A DNA stretch of 64,000 bases. Origin: Auanema rhodensis. Lineage: Eukaryota; Animalia; Nematoda. Positions 1 to 14,673 of the stretch are shown here, piece by piece. Position numbers and translations under genes: made by a program. The stretch spans positions 8,928,001-8,992,000 of the forward strand of contig OZ059897.1 of NCBI GenBank assembly GCA_964057225.1, read 5' to 3'. The notes beneath the pieces were generated by a model. The model was not told the DNA's origin and made no database searches. It saw nothing but the letters and a program-made list of their open reading frames with translations. Each line of letters opens with the position of its first letter. Position 1 is the stretch's first letter.

Positions 1-1856
1 GCTAATCGTGCTGCTGGATATGTAATGATTATTGGAGCTTATGCCATAATTTTCTTAAGTATATTAGCAATGGGTGTTGCTGTGTGAGTCAATAGCTCAT
101 GTATGAAAACAATTATCGGAAGTCTTTCAGTACTGCATTCTTGGGCGGTTGGCTTATGTCTGGATCGTGCAAAGCTTTATTTGAAGATAATACTTTCCGT
201 ATGTATAGTCTTGCTGATAACTTAAGTTGGAGTATGGTAAGTTTGGAAGGATCCAAAATAGAAGTATCAGCCAGGTACGATTTTGTTGTTGTTTGGAAAG
301 TAATTTCAAAATTATGTGCAGAGATATCCTACTTTCATGCTCAGCTAACAAAACAGTTTTTGTTGCCGTAAAAGGAGATCAAATCATTTCCACCAAAATG
401 GTTAATAATGACCTCAAATTCCAATTTTTCGAGGATAAAATTGATAAAATTGTCTCCAATTCCCAATATTCTATTCCAAATTCTGCGAATAATGCAGACG
501 TAGACGTAAGTATTTTCATAATATTGCTGTTAATTTGGTTATTTTACAGCAACAAACTAAATTAACTGTATATGATTCCCAGAGCTATGAGCCTGTTTTA
601 AGCAACTTCTTACCAGATTGTAATGAAAACGATTTACAAAACCTAAAAGATATTACAAACAAGTTTGTCAAGTTAGTTATAATAACATTTTTTTGAAATT
701 AATATAAATATATTATAGGCAATACCAAATTATTGCGGATCAGATGAAACAATTCCAAGAAGATTTGCAATTTTTCAATAATGGAGAACAAGCTTCAGAA
801 GCAGGCAAACAAGGCATGCTCAACTATACCAATGCTCAATTCGATTTATCACAGCAAATTATTGATAATTCAACTGCAGATCTACTTGTATGTTTGATAA
901 TTTCATTTCTGAAATTATGGAATATATTACTTTCAGAATGAATTAAATACCAATATCTTCCCAGGTATTTATTTATATTATAACTTTGAAAATGGTGGTA
1001 CAATCATGTGTGATACTACTGGCAAACCTGTTCATGGTCTATGGGCATCAGCTGGTTTGTTGACTAAACTGTGAAATAATTCTCGAATACTTTATTCACT
1101 GCAGGTCTTGGTGCTATCTTCTTCCTTCCACTAGCTCTTATTCTATTTTGGGCGTCGTCAACTTTATTTGCCAGGTAAGACATTATCATTGCAAAAAAGA
1201 GACAGGTATGACTAAATGATTACACATATAACTGTGATAGAGTGAGATCAGCTAAATATTTTTTTGTTCTGATATCTCATATTTAGAAAAATTGCCTTAA
1301 TAATCTATTTTCAGAAGAAATTTCATGGATCGTGAAGCGATGAAAGAAGAGAAATTGAGAAAAAAGTTGAAAGAACAAGAAAAGGTTTTGTGGAAGCCTA
1401 TATGTTTTGTTTTGTATTGTGATTTTTTTTAGAAAAAGAAGGCAACGAATGAAGACAATTCCGAATCAGACTCTGAACGCTCATCAGAAGTCTTTCAACG
1501 TCCTCCTATAAATGTTTTATCACTTGCTCCGACCGAAGATTACAAGTATGCAAATTAGAAGAAAATTCTATTTTTATTGGAAAATTTTCAGTCGATCATA
1601 TCGATCTCCATATGTATCGGAAGCTTTTAAAAATTCAACAAGAGTTCAACCATACGAGGCTCAAAATGATACTTTACCACGTCTAAGACGTGAACCATAC
1701 ATATCGACATCGTAAGAAATGCTCCTGAATACTTCTCCTGAAACTAAAATTGTGTAATTTAGAATGGAAAACAAGATGTCGGGAGTAGGAGAAACACGTA
1801 GTTTGCCACGCTATGATGCCTTGATGTACGATGATGCACCAAGTCTTCACTTATAA
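1..1856 (+). CDS. Prominin-like multi-pass membrane protein, 3' part (multi-exon, 5' end outside window)
   Basis: Spliced exons give TM-like 'FSTAFLGGWLMSGSCKALF', 'DILLSCSANKTVFVAVKG' and 'IMCDTTGKPVHGLWASAGLGAIFFLPLALILFWASSTLFAR'. The last resembles the prominin 'LC..PLN.FW.G.G...FLLP' final-TM motif and is followed by a charged cytoplasmic tail. Stop TAA at 1854-1856. Family assignment is from recalled motif similarity only. Confidence 0.55.
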
Positions 1857-2913
1857 CAAAACTTTAATTCTTAAACACAACGGGCACCCAACAAGCGCAA
1901 TTGATTTCATATAATAATCCTAGAGAGATATAGCAACCTATATATGTAATTGCTTATTAAAAGTTGAACAAATTTAAATTATATCCATAATTATTTAAGA
2001 TATTTATTGTTTGTATGTACTATATAGTATTGCATTTCTTTTTTGAATACTAACACATTCCAAAACATTGCCATTATTTGAATTGTGATAATATATTTCT
2101 AATTTTATGAATTTTTTAAAACTTCTTCGATTATGGATGTTTCAGTTTAGAAAATGAGTACGTACCACCTACCTATGTAGATGCACAATGATGTCACTTT
2201 GTTGTGATGGTTCATGAAAAAAATCTATTACTTTAATAATTTAAAGATGCTATCTCATAAAACAGTAGTTAATTTACAGCTCAACTGAATAATTCTTATC
2301 GAAAAATCAATAAACTAGTAGCTTCATGAATATTGAATACTGATAAGCCGGAATCAAGACCATGACTTACATTTACGGCGATGAGCCCCACCTTATTTTC
2401 TTAAAACAGAACTTCAATTCAGAACTTTAATTTTTTTTGTTGATAAACTTGAGTTTCAGGTCTATTTTTATATATCTTTAATCCATTAAAACACCATTAG
2501 ATTTGTCCTTTTGAAGATCTTTTTATAAACCCAAGTTTTAAACATTATGGTTCAAATCATTTGTTGAAAAATCAATGAAATTCTTATTTTTTTATTATTC
2601 TGTAGAAACTTTTATTCTCAACATGATCCAAAGTTATTTTAAACTTGAAAAACCGAAAATCAAATAATTAATATTCCCAATATGTTTATATTGAGTTTAT
2701 CACATGTTCAAAAACGAATTTAATGATGCAATTGAGATTAGAAGGATAAAGATTACCGCTCATGTTAAGACATGTGAAATCAAAAACTTAAGTTTGCAAA
2801 TTGCATCTTTCGAATTCCACAAATAAACCTTTGTGTTCGACAATTTTGTCGATACTTTAATTTTATTTTCAATATTTCAGTAATAATAAATAAAATTATT
2901 TTTTAAATGTAGA

Positions 2914-3571
2914 ATGAAAACTATTCTTCTGCTTTTGGCCTGTGTTGCGATCACTTCAAGTGAACCCTCGTCAGCTTTCACTACAGTGCTTGAATACGGA
3001 TGTTCAACCACTGAGTGCACTTATCGTTTCGTAGTGCCAGAAGTAAGTGCTAATCGAGAACTAATGTATATCATATCTTTGAATTGTATATTGAGAATCT
3101 CACAGATTACTTATTTTCTGATTTAGCCGATTGCCGCATATGTGGACCCCAACCTTTTCGAGAAAGATTTATTCGATTTGCAAACTAGCTTAGACACTCT
3201 GGATGGAACAATTAAGAACATGGCAGAACCCCCAAACGGGAATGACTTTAATACAGTTCGTCTTACCTTCATAGATATACCTATTTAATCTTCACAACCT
3301 TTTTCTTCTTTTAGAAATGGGAAGAGATGTACCCTGGAGTAAATGCAACTGTACTCAGCGCTACGGCAGATGTGAAGAATGAAACTACATACCAAAGTGA
3401 AAATTATAATGTATGTCGTAATTCCATTTGAGAACTCAAACTTTAAATTATTTTCAGAATTTAAAAAATTGCTCAGCAACTGATTTGAACCATGCTACTG
3501 CATTAGCATGTACAATTGCATGTACTCCTTCTGACACTGAATGTAAAGAAAAGTGTAAAAAATCGAGTTAA
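2914..3571 (+). CDS. Small secreted protein (signal peptide, coiled-coil, Cys-rich C-terminus), 4 exons
   Basis: MKTILLLLACVAITSS signal peptide. Phase-0 GT-AG introns join ...CTYRFVVPE|PIAAYVDP...DFNT|KWEEMYP...NYN|NLKNCSA...CTIACTPSDTECKEKCKKSS*. Confidence 0.75.
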
Positions 3572-4602
3572 AGAAGTAATACAAATAAAAGTATAAATGT
3601 TTATATAATTTATTTTCTATTTGCTATTTATATATATATTTCTATATATATATGTGCTTTTTTTCCTCAAATTTAGAGTCTAATACAATGTACATAGAAA
3701 GTATTTAGCCGCAAGGATAAAGCAGATAAAACAATGAGAGAATATAAAGAGAAAGCGAATTGAAATACCGGAGTAACAACATACTGATATAATCGAAGAA
3801 CATGACTAAATATTCTGCTTTGGAGTATATATATATATATATTTGTTTGTTTGTTTGTGTGCGTAGTGAGGAAAAAAAGAAGTTCAAACATGTAAATACA
3901 TAAAAACAAACATCTCTTTCTTCTGTACATTAATGGATAAAAGTACATAAATAAGATATGGTCAAGATAAAAGATCAATTATAGTAGAAAAGTTGCTTAA
4001 TTCGAAGAATATAGTTAAGCCTAGCCCTGAACTTATAAAGTTAATACTTCGCAGATTACCAAATCATTATCATTATACATGACCTAACCACAATATGAAA
4101 TATGCCTAATTGGGAAAGAAAAATGAATAAAAAACCCAAATACTCTGAAATAATCTTTAAAATATAGAAAGGCTCAGTATAATTACTAGAGATTCAGTTG
4201 CGAAAAGCTAAAAGGTAAATTATTTAGCTAAAACATGATGCAATAATAGCACTGGCACATTGTGACTATCCCTGATAAATTCAAAACCACTGAGCAGATG
4301 CAGAGTCAGAGAATTAAAAAAAATAAAACATTAAATGAAAAAGGAATTGTGAACCAAATGTAATTATGAACCAAAATTATGGTCACGTATTATGTACAAA
4401 AATTAATGCAAAACAAACATCTAAACAGTTGATGACCGTATAAAAAAAGGCGTTGTATATATGGAAGGAGATAGAGAGGGGAGTCAAATTAAGAGAGATT
4501 CTATAAGTCATCCACAATAAAAACATATATATTCACAAAATATCAAAAAATGAGACCAAAGTACAGTAAATGACTATAGAAGTGCGATATAAGAACAACA
4601 AC

Positions 4603-4761
4603 CTAACGTGGATATAACATACCAGATGATTTCATCATGTTTGCTAGCTTGAAGTAGATTTCCTCTGAATTATTTTCGCCTAATAGAGGAAGAGCCTGAG
4701 TTGTAGATGGATCTACGGTGGATGTAGGAAATCTTATTGTTGGTTGAATCTGAACTGTCGT

Positions 4762-4794
<33 letters not shown>

Positions 4795-7700
4795 TGACTG
4801 CGTTTGCAAGATGGCGTGTTGGAAGAGTTGCTGGTTACGGTCGAAAGTATGTTGATGTTGTAACAGATCAGGATACGTTTGAGAGATTCCTGATTGGCCT
4901 GGTGCATTTTCTGTGGATTTCACTTGTCCTTCTGATTGAGGCATAGGAAAGGTAGAAAGTCTAGGACCTATCATTTCCGCTGGTTGTTGGGAATCATGAA
5001 TAAACTTGGCTACAGCCTGTCGTACAATTTCTTCAGTTTGAAGTTGCGGTATTTGCTGCTTAACTTCATTCGATAGTCTTGCAAGAAGTTGACTTTCGAG
5101 AGTCGAATTTTGCGGAATAGCAAATGAGGGCATATTTGGTACTTGTGATGCCTCAGGCATGACGTCCATTCCTCGATTATCAGCTAAAAGGGAACCGGTA
5201 GCTGCCTGATTTACAGATGATACCAAAGAGAGAGCAAGCAGATCTCTCTGTGATATTGTAGCTGGTTGCTCTGGTTGCGAAAATAGAGAGCTGGACGTAT
5301 ATAACGCTGGATTGCTCTCAGTTTGAGTTGAAGATTGCGATATTGTAGCAATTAATCCGGGAAGAAGATATGAGTTGTCAGACGTCTTGTTCATGCCGGC
5401 ATGGGAAGGTGTCATCGATGATGAGGCTATGTTCAACGGCGACATCGAAGGTGTTTCGGTTTGAAATAACGTCATGCTAGATGTGACTGGCTGAATTTGA
5501 CTCAGATTTCTATGATTCACATCATCGGCAATACGAGTTGGAAGAGTTTGAGAAGGTATTCCGTGCATCGAAAACGGTATTGGAAACGTTGGAGTTGACT
5601 GAGACTGATGAGCCACATGAGTCGCTATAGAACGGTTTGTGCTTATGGGCAAACGCGGAGATTTCGATCGGGTAACACAGCTGGTTGTCAGAGTTACTGC
5701 TCGTTGAGGAAGAAGTGGTTGTACAAAACCTTCGGAATCACGGACACAGACAGATGAAGGAGGTTGATGAATCGCTTGTACAGTTGTGGATGTAGAAGCA
5801 GGAAGTGCTTGTGCTACCGTGACTATGGGACATATTGAGACAGGTAGAGTGCAAATCTGTTCAGCATTAGATAAAGTAGCTCGTCTTTTGGAAGGAACGC
5901 CATCTTCTCCTGTTGTGATATCGGCTTTTATGTTCCCAGCGCAAAGAGACAGTTCAGGATTCAGATTAAGCGAAGTGCTTTTCGTAGGTGTCGATGTCTG
6001 CTTTTGAGCACATAGATCACCAAAATGAGGCAATGCCTGCAAACCAATGAAGTAAAATAATATTCGTATATGTACTAATCACCTGCACATTCAACTGATT
6101 ATTCGTTGACTCATTAATAGATTCAGAAGGCTCCGTTTTCACCTGAGGAGGTGGAACTTTCTCCAAATTTGGTATAGGTGTTGTTGGATCATGAATCAAT
6201 TGCCACAAATAACGAGCATAGTTATAACTCACATAGAGTGAGTGGTAGTCACTTTCAAGCTGTTGAACCTGAATCATTAATTTCCAGATATTTGAGAATT
6301 GAGAGAATCACGTTACTTTTTCAACCTGTGACTTAGCACTGGCTAGCAATAAATGTAAAACATCACCCCATCGTTCATCTTGAGCTTTCAAAGTTGCTTC
6401 CATTTGAGCTGAAATAATTTTAATAGATTCAACTTTTCTAAAACTTTAATTCTAATTCAAAAAACTCACTAATCAACTCATATGTTTTTTCAGCTTGTGA
6501 CTGAGTAGAACTTCCTGGCTTGTTAAATGAACTTAAAGGAGGTGGGGGACAAAATATGCTTTCAATCTGAAGTATAGGTATTCTAAAACATTTGCTTCGA
6601 ATATTTTTTAGAGCATACCTGATCTTGACTTGGTTGAGCAACAACTCTGTTCAGAATTTTCAAAGCATTTTTAGATGAAGCACCTCCAGCGTGAAGCATT
6701 TTGAGCAAATCGTTTCGTTTTTCAATAATTTGATGAACTTGCTGCAAATTTAGAAAATTAAGTTTAAAAAAACAAAAAGAAAGTAAAAAGAGTTAAATCA
6801 TGAAGGAAGATGATGTAGCTTTGTTAGAAAATATACATAATCAATTTGTCACTTGAGTTTATAGTTTATATCTAGCACATTTGCTCTAATGAAACAACTA
6901 ATCCAAATATTATGGTATCATGAACCTTATCTTCCACTCTTATCTATTGGATGATTACTGTAATTTTATGAATTATGAACTTTTTTTTTTCGAAAAGTAA
7001 GTGACAACGCTTCACATGACAATTGAAAAGGTGTAGAAGATCCTTCTTTATGTCCTGAATAGCTTGCAAGAAGCTGTAGACATAGTTAGTTCTATTTAAT
7101 ATTGTTACTCCGCCTCCAATGAATCGCACCAAATGTGCGTAGTTTGCACCTCACTATAACAAACTCAGACAAACAAAGAAAATAGATAGTTGAACAAACA
7201 AGGTCATAGGAATGAGAAATCGGAAATTATTTGAAGATAGAATACGACCAAGATTAAATAAATATCATATTCCCCAAAGAAGCAATAATCTTCAAAATAT
7301 GATAGCTTTTGTTCCATACATAAGAAGAATATATGACGAGAAAAGTGCATATGAAAACACATATTTTCTTTTGGATTGGACTAATGACTACTGAAGATGA
7401 AAATGAGGATGATGATAATAGGCGGTGAACCCTTTCTCCCTTCTTCTTTTTCCTATCCTCTTAGGCTAATATACCGTAAACCAACGTTTTTTTATATTGA
7501 AACTGAACATACCCGATATGCATAGAGTTGCTCCTTGTCATACAATTCAGCGTAAATGTTTTTGGCAAGATTCATTTGGTGATTCAAGCGCGTGGCTCTG
7601 CTTGGGTCTTGAGCATTGACCGTTTTGTCAACTTTCGACCCTTCCCTTTCATTTGCTTCTTTAGTCGTTTCACAGTACTCCTCTTTTATCAGCGGACGAC

Positions 7701-10355
7701 TCGACATCCTGTCAAGACTGCTTGTAACTCGTTCTAGCAGTTCATCTGTTTCCAAGTTTTGAGCTTCCATTTTCGTATCAGTAGATTTTTCTGATAATGG
7801 TGAAGAGCCAATATCCATGACGTCGGCCTTTACATTGGTATTTCCATTTTCTTTTCCCGCCGGCTTTGCCATACACATCGTGTCGTCAAATGAAGTAGAT
7901 GCTGATGCAGACACAGTGGAAGGTAATCCAGCAGATGATGGTGATAATGCTAAGCCTGATTCGAGGCTACCAGACCTATGAGATATTGAGAAAGATGGTC
8001 CAAGCCCAAAATCCGCTTTTGATGTTCTTCGATAGACTTCTTCCATTTCTTTGAGAGCTTTCTCACGTAAGCGTTTCTTATGGGCCGGGGAAATTATGCC
8101 TTCTTTATATACTTTCAGAAAGTACTCTCTGTCCTACAAATGAATTCCGAAGTACTGTAGATACATACATTTTCTCAAACCTGCTCATTTCCGGTACGTA
8201 AAGCTTGCCCTTGAAACATATCCAGCACTTCTTGTTGCAATGGAGCTGTAGACTTTTCTTTCACAAAGCTTTGAAAAGCTTTTTCTTTATAATAATCATG
8301 ACGATCCACTCCATCAGTACGAATCAAGTAGCGCCAGTTAGATGGATCGAATCCCCAATGAACTACTCTGTAGAAAATAAGCATATACAAGTTGGCAGAG
8401 AAATCATTTTCATTTTGACAAACGCACAAAATGGTTGTACTATTCTTCTCAGGTAAGTATGCTGTTCAAGTTTGAAATAAAAACCATCAAAACAAGCGAA
8501 CCCTTTCTCAATTTCTGTCGAATGAGTATGAGATACAAAATCTTCAGTAGTAAACCAGCTTTTGCATTCCGTACAGCATATACAACGACCACCCTTGCGA
8601 CTTGGGTACAAATCTCCAAATACTTTTTTCGGATAAACATGATGAGATATGCGAATACATTTCTCATCTTTTCTAAATTATACAAAATCAATTCAAAACT
8701 TGAAATATGGCAAACTTCATCATGAGATCAAGCGGAGTTGGTCGACTTTCGCTTCGTAACATTCCTAAAACTCTTTCAACATCTGATCGTGATACTAGAT
8801 ACATATTATGCTGAAATAAATAGTATAATATAATAAAATATTGAATAGATTACGTTGGCATCTCGTGAACAGACGTCGTCTAATTTTTTCAAAAGTTCAG
8901 CTTCGTACTCCAATGCTGGCACTAATACAACTTGCAGATCATCTAGAATATTTCTATATTTATCACCCGATGTTCAAGCCAGGCTAATTACCAAACAGTG
9001 AGCGAATCTCGTCTTCGATATAAACACGGAAAATCCGCTTTAAGCATGCAGACATAGGCAATTGTGGTTCTCCATCAATAACTAAACAAGGAACGGAATA
9101 TCTGAAAATAATTTTATTATAGTTTGTAGAACAAAAGCTTGAACGTATGAGGAAAAAGCCAATATGAACATGAACTAGAAACCAAAGTGTCAAAAATTGC
9201 TTTTCATCTTTGGCCTTCAAATCAGACATTGTTTAGAATTTTTTTTTATGATGAAAAAGAAGGAAATAATTATATTTTTGTTTAAAATTGATATTTTAAA
9301 AAATAAATTTAAAGAAAATAAAAACATCATGAACGAAATTTCTCATTTGCTCATAAGCGAACAAGTAGAGATTGAAAAGGATACATCATAAAGTAAAATA
9401 AGAAACGAGATAAAGTAGGAAAAGAGATGGGTGTCCCCCATCTGATGAGAGAAAAGTTAATCACAAGGGACTCCCTTGCTCAAACGTTACATATACTTTG
9501 AACGATCTGTCCTATCTTCAACAAACAGAATTAGGTGCACATATGAGACGACAATAGCTAAATGTCCTCAAACATTTGGCCAATTCGTTTTCACTAATTA
9601 TAACAGATGAAAGGTACTCAGTAATATTTTCATTTACTATATTCATAATAATTTTTCCGAAAAACCAAATTAAGCAGAGCATGGCGGAAAAGCTATCATG
9701 AAATTCATGATAAATCTGTTTCTTCTGAAGGCAAATAACTTTTTTCCCTTTCTAATCCCAACTAGGCCTACTTGATTAATCACAAGACCAAGTTTCTCGA
9801 TCTTTGGTGAAGAAAACATGAGGATTGGAAATCAAGCTGTTAAATGCTGCAGCATCTCTAACATGAAGCAAGAATTATTACATTCTTTATTTGCTAGGGA
9901 ATAATCGTCAGAAATCTTTGTATGTTTTTAGTCTTCAAACCTTCTGTGATCAACAAACACAATATGACTAAACAGCTAATCCATTGAACATAAAAAATAC
10001 AAAAAAGTTCAACGCAGCTAACCAGAAAGGCCAGATAAGCCAAATGTTAAAGGTCTTGACATTCGAATCTTCTGATGAGTCTGCTAATACAGTCTTTTTT
10101 GTTTCTTTCTCATTCTGTAGTTTTTGTTGTCTGGATTACGTTCACAGCTGCATGGAATAGCGGACGTGTATCTTATATCAAAAACTTTCCTTCATAATTA
10201 TAAAACAAAAAAAGGGTTTTCTACAGTAGAAGAAGAAAATATTGCGCCCCCCTGGTCTCGAGTTTAAGCTGACTTTCATGATTAGTTACTTTGATGGCTA
10301 GTGGTGTAGAAAGATAAGAAATAAAGACATAAGAGAGCAGAACGAAAGGAAAGAA

Positions 10356-10454
<99 letters not shown>

Positions 10455-10495
10455 GAGAGAGAGAGAGACGGAGAGAGAGAGAGAGAGAGAGAGAG

Positions 10496-10557
<62 letters not shown>

Positions 10558-10577
10558 GGAGAGAGAGAGAGAGAGAG

Positions 10578-10617
<40 letters not shown>

Positions 10618-13600
10618 TGAGTATAAGGGTAGAATCTATTAAGTGACAGTGTTATCAAATTCATTTTTCGTTTCAACAACCAATACTGGAGAACAAAGTC
10701 AATATGTAGGAAGTGAAATAACGAAACATCGCCTATTCTCTGGCTGATTATACGGAAAGATAGTATGAAGAAAGAATCAACGAATAGGCTTCAATTCATC
10801 TATATACCATTCTTCCCCCTGTCTTTCAAAAGTCAAGGCTATGCTTCTCCTTGAATTAGAAAGGAAAAAAGGAAATATTGCAAAGCAGGAATCAAAAATT
10901 AGAAACATTAAAGTGCTACTAACTCTGCAGCAGATTTATAGTCTCAGGGATAATTAGCAAAGTATCTGAGAAAAAAAAGAATATATATAGAGGGAACACG
11001 AGAAGAATTTAGCAAAGAATGAATATTATGAGGGGGAGTGTGAAGCTATAAAAGAGAAAAACAAAACTTGAATTATGATTTGAACTTAGAGCAGAATCAA
11101 TGATTCAAACAAGCACACAATAGTAAAAGTACATAAAACTCGAATTCAATCAACCAGAAAAGGAAAAAAAAGCGTACCCATTGACAGTGACGTATCCAGG
11201 TTTGCTGCGTCGTGGCCCACGGTACTTCTTGTATATAAGGGGCTTACAAGGCTTCACATCTGCCACGGACGAAGTTGAGCACGTTGGTTGGTCCTCAAGC
11301 GGCTCCGATCCACCTCCCGCTTCATGCCGGGTATACTGATATTGTGATGAAGACGACGACGAAGACGGCTGAAACTCGCTGGTGTCATGAGAAGCCGTCG
11401 TCGTGGTCAAGATATTGGAAGTGGAGGGAGCCGTGGTGCCGGATGATGCTGGCCGAGCGCGCGAGCTGGCGTACAGCGTGTTCGACGACAGCAGGTCTGG
11501 AACAGTAAATGATTGTTGATCAGAAATTAATGTTTGATAGTGAAATAGAAGAAAAATGACAACAGTGAACATGGACACAGACAAAACTATTAGAAAAAGC
11601 TTGATGGATAATGGTGATAGATGTGGATCGCAGAAACACTACCACTACCATGAATGCTGAAGAGATAAGGAAGAACACAGTCACCAATAAAACTAGGCTG
11701 GGTCAAGTATTGCATGAAACGGTTAAACATGCGAATTGTGCTGATTTTCACAGATATATAATAAAAAAATGAAAAAAATTGCAACATTCCGACAAAAGAT
11801 CAACAATAACGAAGAACAACGCCAACTTAAATTGCATAACTACAAGCTTTAGAGCTTCATATAAGATAAAAGAAAAAATTGAAATAGAAGAAGTACAAAT
11901 AAGGTACTAATTCGTATTAAATAGAATTCCGTTAAGGCGCACCATTTCAGTTAATCTTTAGCCTTGACCGATTTGCACCTCTTAAAGCACAGTATACAAT
12001 ACAAAGCTTACAAAGAAAAACAGAAGATTTTCTTAAAAATAGAAAATTTGAAATTTGAATTAAGAACTTCAAATTCAAGTTTCATTTATTAGATCGCATA
12101 AAGCTATTGTAGTCGGCAAAAGAAAATACGTATATATGAACACAAACAACGCCTAGAAAGATCAAACTAGAGACAAATAAAGGGTGAGAGCAAGTTAGAG
12201 GGATGGAGAGATAGAAAGAGACAAGTGGAGTTTACCGAAGAACTGAGGACAGCGGACTGTTTCTTACAAAAGATTAAGACTGCTTGCATGAAAAGTCGAG
12301 ACATAGAAATATGATGATGAGGAGAGAAAGAAGTGAATTATCCGATTTAGATATAAGGACAAGCATGACATATTGAAGAATAAAAGATCAAAAGGAAAGA
12401 TGGCAGAAAGGAAATGAGAGGAATAGATTGAGAGAGCGAAAAAGACAACGCGTTTTAGAGGGACTCACATAGACTAGATAAAAGTGCACTTCACGTGGTC
12501 AGTACGCTCAGAGAAGTAAGGTCAAAAGATACACGGAAGACTGAAATCGAAACAGATTTGTTGACTTTTTCAGTTTCTGTAACCTTGTACACTTCACGTG
12601 ATCAAAAGAGCAATCATATTCAGAAAGATGTATAGAGGATAATGCTACTACTATTTGAGAGGAATTGCCGCGAAAGTAGGCGCAACATATCAAAGAGAAA
12701 AAAAATTCTTCTAGGCTTTCACATAAGGAAGGCATCGGGTTGAAATGAGTTGGAGCTGAGATGCATCATCATCTGAAATTTCACAATGTGCTGACGTCTG
12801 CTAGGTTTACTGGTATTGGCGATGACGCTCGAGGATTGACAACATCATCATCAGGCACGGTATGCGTCGAATAGAAGAAGAGAACGAGAAAATACAATCA
12901 GGTCATATAGAAAAAGGAATGCTAGAGAAACAAAATGATGAAAATACAAGCAAAATTCATGAGATTGCTTGTGAGAGAGTCAAGAACGCTAGGTAAACCG
13001 AATGATGGTGGTGATGAACAGACTTATTGCCGACTGATGATGAATCGAATAGATGATGTGTTGTCTACAGGACAACAACTATCATAGTCGTCTTCTATGC
13101 TGCAAACGTTACTATCTTCGGTGTATCACCATTCAGCAACATAGAAGCTGGCTCGGATAAAGAGGGAATGCAAGCTTTGTTGGAATGGTTGATGAATTGA
13201 CAGACAGTTTCATAGATTAGAAAAAACATTGGATCAGACTTCAACATTGATCGGAAAATTGGAATTGTTATTGTGTTGACTTGCCTTGCCTTGTTGAGGC
13301 AGTTGTGTTTTGAGCCAAAACTTGATATTGAAAATGAAACAAACACGGAACTCATGTATGAGATTTATCAATTAACGGCCTTGAAGATGAAGATTTGAAG
13401 AAACAACAGATAAGATGATTTGGATTACAATGACCGTAAAAAAGCTAAGCCTTAAGCTATCAAAAGAAGAAGAGATATAGATATGTGTGAGGAGTTGGAA
13501 TACTGCGAAACGAAATTAAGAAAAAAGAATGGTTTAAGTTCAAAGAAAGTGAAACGAATTTCAATCTAAAAATTGAAAAGAAACATACGCACGCATCACA

Positions 13601-14282
13601 TCACATGCATATACATAAACGTACATACATATCATATCAAAATCACAAAAAATAAAAGAAAAAAGAAAAGAAAACGTTTTTAAACTTAAGTTTAAAATTA
13701 GTCATCAAATATGTATGTAATATAGGAATATGTAATGCATAGGTTGTGAAAACCTAGCTGGTGGGAGCTGATTATATGATATTAATGCAAGCAATCTTTG
13801 TGAACTATATGAGAGCAAAGAAAATAAAATGAGAAACTAATAAGCATTCAAGAAAAAGTTACAAAAAAAACAACTTGTTTCTTCGGTCCTGGTAAAGTTC
13901 CCGCCCTGCATCGGTCGACACACATTATTGAGCACAAGTGGAGACGAAAAAACTGCAAGGAAATATTATAAGAAAAACAGATAAACAACAATAACATTCA
14001 AAAAAATATCTGCGATAACAACAATAAGATATATGTTTTGAGGTCAGGCAGGCACCGCCTACTTTGGCCCTTCAGCGACATTACCAGACACTTTTGTGAT
14101 GAAAAGTAGTTGTGATTTACTCCATAATTAAGATGAGAAAGGGAGAATGGGTTTGTGGTGAAAGCTGCGCACATACCTCGACTGAAGGGTGGTAATTGAT
14201 GAATCAAAGGATCTGTATCTGCATCGTCTACCATCGGAAACGATCGCCCAGAACTCGGTCCTCCGCGATTTGTGAGCATCAT
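4603..14282 (-). CDS. daf-5: Ski/Sno/Dac family transcriptional co-regulator (DAF-5-like), multi-exon
   Basis: Ski/Dac homology segment 'GYSVPCLVIDGEPQLPMSACLK' and c-SKI SMAD4-binding (SAND-like) segment 'CICCTECKSWFTTEDFVSHTH...VVHWGFDPSNWRYLI'. Exon phases are compatible: 14282-14177, 11496-11178, 9101 onward, final exon to the stop at 4603. Family is confident; daf-5 orthology and the first exon are less certain. Confidence 0.8.
4763..4792 (-). repeat. (CAGCAA)n coding repeat encoding poly-Q in the Ski-like C-terminus
   Basis: (TGCTGT)n on the + strand; QQQQQQQQQQQ in ORF 4603..6042. Confidence 0.9.
10357..10614. repeat. ~260 bp (GA)n microsatellite with CG and AA interruptions, intronic in the Ski-like gene
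   Basis: Direct inspection. It explains the spurious (SL)n ORF 10221..10679. Confidence 0.97.
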
Positions 14283-14673
14283 TTGGACCGGAAATCAGTG
14301 AATTTGTAGTTAGAACTTACAACTTAAAAAGTTTATTTTTGATGAAAACAAACAAGAGAATGAAGTGAGGGAAAACAAAAATAGGGGAAATAAGGTTATA
14401 CTAGACACGATGTGGTTGTTGCCATTTTTTGAGAAACATTTGAAAACGAAATCACGCACTAGTGATTATGTGATAACGCCACAAGTAGAATATTGACAGT
14501 GATATCAACTCGACCGAGAAAATAAAAAAAAAGTATGAAAACTGTAGAAAAATTAATTTGAAAAAGAGAAATTGTAAAATATTTGAAATACTTTTATTTT
14601 TCTATATAACATATCCACCGGAAGTTACAAAACTTGTAGGTAAGTACAGTGGGATGGTCTCGAGTCAAAAAAG

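Noticed and set aside
10221-10679. 152 aa (SL)n ORF
   Set aside because: Translation of the GA microsatellite inside an intron.
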